A DNA stretch of 32,000 nt from Mycolicibacterium smegmatis (GTDB taxonomy: Bacteria; Actinomycetota; Actinomycetes; Mycobacteriales; Mycobacteriaceae). Positions 28,293 to 32,000 of the stretch are shown piece after piece. Numbering within the stretch: position 1 is the stretch's first letter; each line of letters starts with the position of its first letter. Below the pieces are notes generated by a model. The model saw nothing but the letters and a program-made list of their open reading frames with translations, had not been told where the DNA came from and did not search any database. The position numbers were made by a program, and so were the translations under genes. The DNA lies in NCBI RefSeq assembly GCF_001457595.1, contig NZ_LN831039.1:6270001-6302000 (forward strand), given 5' to 3'.

Positions 28293-29777
28293 ATGTTGCA
28301 TCACGTTGTGGGCGAAGAGGTCAAACGCACCGAGTACACGCGGGCGCACCGCCAGGAGTACCGCCGCAAGGTGCAGCTGTGCCTCGACGTGTTCGAGACC
28401 ATGCTCAACCAGTCCAGCTTCGAGTTCGAGCGTCCGCTCACCGGCATGGAGATCGAGTGCAACCTCGTCGACCGCGACTACCAGCCGGCGCTGCGCAACC
28501 ACGAGGTGCTCAAGTCCATCGCCGATCCGGCCTACCAGACCGAATTGGGCGCTTACAACATCGAATTGAACGTGCCGCCGCGCCCGCTGCCGGGCCGCTC
28601 CGCGCTCGAGCTTGAGGACGAGGTCCGCGCGAGCCTCAACGCCGCCGAGGCCAAGGCGGCCGCGGAAGGCACCCACATCGTGATGATCGGGATCCTGCCG
28701 ACGCTTATGCCCGAACACCTTTCGGGCAGCTGGATGAGCGACTCGACCCGCTACCAGGCGCTCAACGACTCGATCTTCACCGCCCGCGGAGAGGACCTGG
28801 TGATCGACATATCCGGGCCCGAGCGGCTGAGTATCCAGGCCGCCTCGATCGCCCCCGAATCGGCATGCACCAGCATGCAGCTGCACCAGCAGGTGTCCCC
28901 CGCCGAGTTCGCGCAGTACTGGAACGCCGCGCAGGTGCTGGCCGGTCCGCAACTCGCGGTGGGCGCCAACTCGCCGTTCTTCTTCGGCCACCACCTGTGG
29001 GCCGAGACCCGCATCGAGTTGTTCACCCAGGCCACCGACACCCGGCCCGACGAACTCAAGACCCAGGGCGTGCGCCCTCGGGTGTGGTTCGGTGAACGCT
29101 GGATCACCTCGATCTTCGACCTGTTCGAGGAGAACGTCCGCTACTTCCCGTCCCTGCTGCCCGAGGTGTCCGACGAGGACCCGGCCGCCGAACTCGCCGC
29201 GGGCCGCACCCCCAAGCTCTCGGAGCTGCGCCTGCACAACGGCACCATCTACCGCTGGAACCGGCCCATCTACGACGTCGTGAACGGGATGCCGCACCTG
29301 CGCGTGGAGAACCGGGTGCTGCCGGCCGGCCCCACCGTGATCGACATGATGGCCAACGCGGCGTTCTACTATGGGCTGCTGCGCACCCTCTCCGAAGAGG
29401 ACCGGCCCATCTGGACCAAGATGAGTTTCGCTGCCGCGCAGCACAATTTCACCGCCGCCGCGCAGCACGGCATGGAGTCGCGGCTGTACTGGCCCGAGCT
29501 GGGCGAGGTGACACCCGACGAGCTGATCCTGCGTCAACTGCTGCCGCTGGCCCACGAGGGCCTGCGTCGCCGCGGGGTGGCGGGCGAGGTCTGCGACCGC
29601 TATCTCGGCGTGATCGAAGGCCGCGCCAAGACCGGGCAGACCGGTGCCGCGTGGCAGGTGTCGACGGTCCAGAGAATCCAGGAGAGCGGCAGGTCGCGGC
29701 CCGAGGCGCTGGCCGGGATGCTGCGCGAGTACGTCGAGCGCATGCACAGCAATGAGCCGGTCCACACCTGGGGGTGA
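28293..29777 (+). CDS. Glutamate-cysteine ligase family (GCS2) protein
   Basis: TGMEIECNLVDRDYQPALRNHEVL...YQTELGAYNIELNVPPRPL...AESACTSMQLHQQVSPAEFAQYWNAAQVLAGPQLAVGANSPFFFG...RVENRVLPAGPTVIDMMANAAFYYG: GCS2 fold motifs. Start may be GTG at 28308. Confidence 0.85.
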   Translation: MLHHVVGEEVKRTEYTRAHRQEYRRKVQLCLDVFETMLNQSSFEFERPLTGMEIECNLVDRDYQPALRNHEVLKSIADPAYQTELGAYNIELNVPPRPLPGRSALELEDEVRASLNAAEAKAAAEGTHIVMIGILPTLMPEHLSGSWMSDSTRYQALNDSIFTARGEDLVIDISGPERLSIQAASIAPESACTSMQLHQQVSPAEFAQYWNAAQVLAGPQLAVGANSPFFFGHHLWAETRIELFTQATDTRPDELKTQGVRPRVWFGERWITSIFDLFEENVRYFPSLLPEVSDEDPAAELAAGRTPKLSELRLHNGTIYRWNRPIYDVVNGMPHLRVENRVLPAGPTVIDMMANAAFYYGLLRTLSEEDRPIWTKMSFAAAQHNFTAAAQHGMESRLYWPELGEVTPDELILRQLLPLAHEGLRRRGVAGEVCDRYLGVIEGRAKTGQTGAAWQVSTVQRIQESGRSRPEALAGMLREYVERMHSNEPVHTWG

Positions 29778-29796
29778 AACGCGTACGTTGGGTGTC

Positions 29797-30468
29797 ATGA
29801 CATCACACGTGCTGGACTGGGATGGTGCCTACCGGGGGGATACGGGATTTCAGGGACCGCCGCCGTGGAACATCGGCGAGCCGCAGCCCGAGCTGGCGGC
29901 GCTGCACCGGGCCGGGAGATTCCGTAGCGACGTGCTCGATGCGGGGTGCGGTCATGCCGAGCTGTCATTGGCGCTGGCTGCCGACGGTTACACCGTCGTC
30001 GGCATGGATCTGAGCCCATCGGCGATCGCCGCAGCAAACCGCGCGGCCCAGGAGCGCAACCTCGCGACCGCGAGCTTCGTGCAGGGCGACATCACGTCGT
30101 TCACCGGTTACGACGGCCGGTTCAGCACCGTCATCGACTCGACGCTTTTCCACTCCCTGCCCGTCGAGGGCCGCGAGGGATACCTGCAGTCCATCCACCG
30201 GGCCTCGGCTCCCGGCGCGCGCTACTTCGTTCTCGTGTTCGCCAAGGGCGCGTTCCCCGCGGACCTCGAGGTCAAGCCCAACGAGGTGACCGAAGAAGAG
30301 CTGCGGACCACGGTCGGCAAGTACTGGGTGGTCGACGACATCCGGCCCGCGTTCATCCACGCCAACGCCGTCGTCTTCCCCGACGCGCCAGAACTGCCGC
30401 CCCACGGCTACGACGACAAGGGCCGCATCATGTTCCCGGCGTTCCTGTTGGAAGCGCACCGCGACTAG
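29797..30468 (+). CDS. Class I SAM-dependent methyltransferase (TPMT/thiol-methyltransferase-like)
   Basis: MTSHVLDWDGAYRGDTGFQGPPPWNIGEPQPELAAL...SDVLDAGCGHAELSLALAADGYTVVGMDLSPSAI: PPWNIG plus motif I. Confidence 0.88.
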   Translation: MTSHVLDWDGAYRGDTGFQGPPPWNIGEPQPELAALHRAGRFRSDVLDAGCGHAELSLALAADGYTVVGMDLSPSAIAAANRAAQERNLATASFVQGDITSFTGYDGRFSTVIDSTLFHSLPVEGREGYLQSIHRASAPGARYFVLVFAKGAFPADLEVKPNEVTEEELRTTVGKYWVVDDIRPAFIHANAVVFPDAPELPPHGYDDKGRIMFPAFLLEAHRD

Positions 30469-30494
30469 TTCGTCCCCCGGCTCGACCGTGCACT

Positions 30495-30526
30495 GAGGGC
30501 GAGATTTCGGCTGAGATCCCGCCCTC
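30495..30526 (+). terminator. Hairpin terminator candidate downstream of the methyltransferase
   Basis: GAGGGCGAGATTTC-GGCT-GAGATCCCGCCCTC: 14-bp arms with 12 paired positions and a 4-nt loop, followed by TTTG. Confidence 0.55.
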
Positions 30527-30529
30527 TTT

Positions 30530-30562
30530 GCACGCTCGATGTGCCTGAATGCACGCTCGACG
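30530..30562. repeat. Phased direct repeat upstream of the mftM-like gene
   Basis: GCACGCTCGATG(30530-30541) and GCACGCTCGACG(30551-30562), 11/12 identical with 21-bp periodicity. Confidence 0.6.
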
Positions 30563-30673
30563 CACAGACCCTCCCCTACCCGAACGGGCAGTGCCAACCC
30601 CACCCGGCCGTCACTCGATTGCGACCATTCGGGGCGCGCGCTGACATGTTGCCGGCGAATAGCGTTCCGCTAC

Positions 30674-31555
30674 ATGGACGTTGCCGTTCTCGGTCCTGCG
30701 CTTCTGGACCCGTTCGCGCCTGCGCCGCAGGGAATCTGGAGCGGCAATGGCGTGCGGGTGCAGAGGCGTCGCGGGCCGCATCGCGTGCACGCCGCGGTGT
30801 GCACTCCACGGTTCTGCGCGCACCGCGAAGGCGACGCGTTGACGGTCGAGCACGATCTGACCCCTGACGAACTGTCCGACGAACTGGCAGTGCTGCTCAC
30901 CGAGGAACTCGGCGCCACCGGCGTTCTGCACGGCCAACCGGATTTCGAGTCGGTGTTCACCGGCGTCGTGCGTTCCACCGTCGACGGTGGCATGCAGGCG
31001 TGGCTGCGGTTCTACCGGAACTCGCTGCACGCGCTGGAATCCGGCACCGCGGCGTTCGCCCCGATCCATCAGCACGCGACAGAACTGATCATCGGGCGAC
31101 GCGTGCTCGATCTCGGCTCGTGCTTCGGGTTCTTCCCGCTACGTCTGAGCCGCAACGGATTCGACGCCACGGCAACCGATCTGAGCGCACCGACCATGAA
31201 CCTGCTGGCGCGGGTGAGCCCGAAGCTGCACCGGCCGGTTCGCACCGTCACATGCGACGCCGCGGGGGTACCGCTGCCCGACGCGGTCGCCGACACCGTG
31301 ACCGCGCTGCACCTGCTGGAGCATCTGGACCCCGACGCCGGCGACGCCGTGCTCGCCGAGGCATTGCGCCTGGCACGGCGCCGCGTGATCGTCGCGGTGC
31401 CGTTCGAGGACGAACCCCAGGTCTGCTACGGGCACGTCCGCAGATTCGACACCGAAGCGCTTCAGCGCATCGCCGAGAAGATCACCCGCACGCACCCCGT
31501 CACCGCGTCGGTCGGCGAGCACCACGGCGGCTGGCTGGTACTGGACCGTTACTAG
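30674..31555 (+). CDS. mftM: Probable mycofactocin oligosaccharide methyltransferase MftM
   Basis: LLDPFAPAPQGIWSGNGVRVQRRRGPHRVHAAVCTPRFC...FTGVVRSTVDGGMQAWLRFYRNSLHALESG...VLDLGSCFGFFPLRLSRNGFDATATDLS...ALHLLEHLDP. SAM motifs are direct; the family name comes from recalled family knowledge. Confidence 0.7.
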   Translation: MDVAVLGPALLDPFAPAPQGIWSGNGVRVQRRRGPHRVHAAVCTPRFCAHREGDALTVEHDLTPDELSDELAVLLTEELGATGVLHGQPDFESVFTGVVRSTVDGGMQAWLRFYRNSLHALESGTAAFAPIHQHATELIIGRRVLDLGSCFGFFPLRLSRNGFDATATDLSAPTMNLLARVSPKLHRPVRTVTCDAAGVPLPDAVADTVTALHLLEHLDPDAGDAVLAEALRLARRRVIVAVPFEDEPQVCYGHVRRFDTEALQRIAEKITRTHPVTASVGEHHGGWLVLDRY

Positions 31556-32000
31556 ATCAACCCGCGCTTGCTCGCCGCGTACACGGCCTCGGCTCGGCGG
31601 CTCACGTCGAGCTTGCGCATGATGTTGCTGACGTGAAACTTCGCGGTGGTCGCGGAGATGAACAGCTTTTCGCCGATCTTGTTGTTGGACAACCCGGCTG
31701 CCAGCAGTCGCAGCACCTCGATCTCGCGGTCGGTGAGCTGCTCGCGGGGTTCGGTGCGCCCGCTCAGCGACCGCACGACGGCCGCGGCGCTGCGGGAGTC
31801 GAAGGCACTGTCACCGGAGGAGATCGCGCGGATCGCCCGCACCAGTTCGGTCGTGTCGACATCTTTGACGACGCAGCCGCGGGCGCCGGCGTGCACGGCG
31901 CGCACCACGAGGTCCTCATCGAGGAACGTGGTGAGCACCAGCAGGCCGAGGTTGGGATGGGCCGCGGAGAGCTTGGCGCACAACGACAGACCCTCGAAGT
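31552..32000 (-). CDS. LuxR-family (NarL-type) two-component response regulator, N-terminally truncated by the window edge
   Basis: LVLTTFLDEDLVVRAVHAGARGCVVKDVDTTELVRAIRAI receiver end, plus LTDREIEVLRLLAAGLSNNKIGEKLFISATTAKFHVSNIMRKLDVSRRAEAVYAA HTH. 4-bp overlap with the mftM-like gene. Confidence 0.92.
   Translation of the reverse strand, partial: FEGLSLCAKLSAAHPNLGLLVLTTFLDEDLVVRAVHAGARGCVVKDVDTTELVRAIRAISSGDSAFDSRSAAAVVRSLSGRTEPREQLTDREIEVLRLLAAGLSNNKIGEKLFISATTAKFHVSNIMRKLDVSRRAEAVYAASKRGLI

Overview
This window looks like ordinary core chromosome of a fast-growing mycobacterium. The best match I recognise is Mycolicibacterium smegmatis, based on the adjacent LfrR/LfrA-type regulator and efflux pump. 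I support about 30 protein-coding genes and one tRNA-Pro(CGG). I see no prophage, IS element, CRISPR array or obvious defence island. Main blocks: (i) metallophosphoesterase, Cds1-like PLP enzyme, tRNA-Pro, Ser/Thr kinase, SRPBCC protein and acyl-CoA thioesterase. (ii) An oxidative/general-stress block with hemerythrin and Mn-catalase genes that converge on a 19-bp perfect terminator hairpin; each has a GTTT-N15-GGGTAT SigF-type promoter, and a 50-aa ORF missing from the supplied track sits beside them. (iii) A conserved but poorly understood membrane/MoxR cluster (Gdpd-like membrane protein, DUF4129, DUF4350, MoxR, DUF58, SpoIIM-like, RDD). (iv) lfrR-lfrA, carotenoid oxygenase, two PadR regulators with palindromic candidate operators, glpK, methyltransferase, acyltransferase and katA. 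(v) MBL-fold hydrolase, GCS2-family ligase, methyltransferase, a likely MftM (mycofactocin glycan methyltransferase) and a partial LuxR-type response regulator. The strongest leads are the SigF-type promoter set with the divergent small ORF, the PadR operators, the repeats upstream of the mftM-like gene, and the MoxR/DUF58/SpoIIM/RDD cluster.
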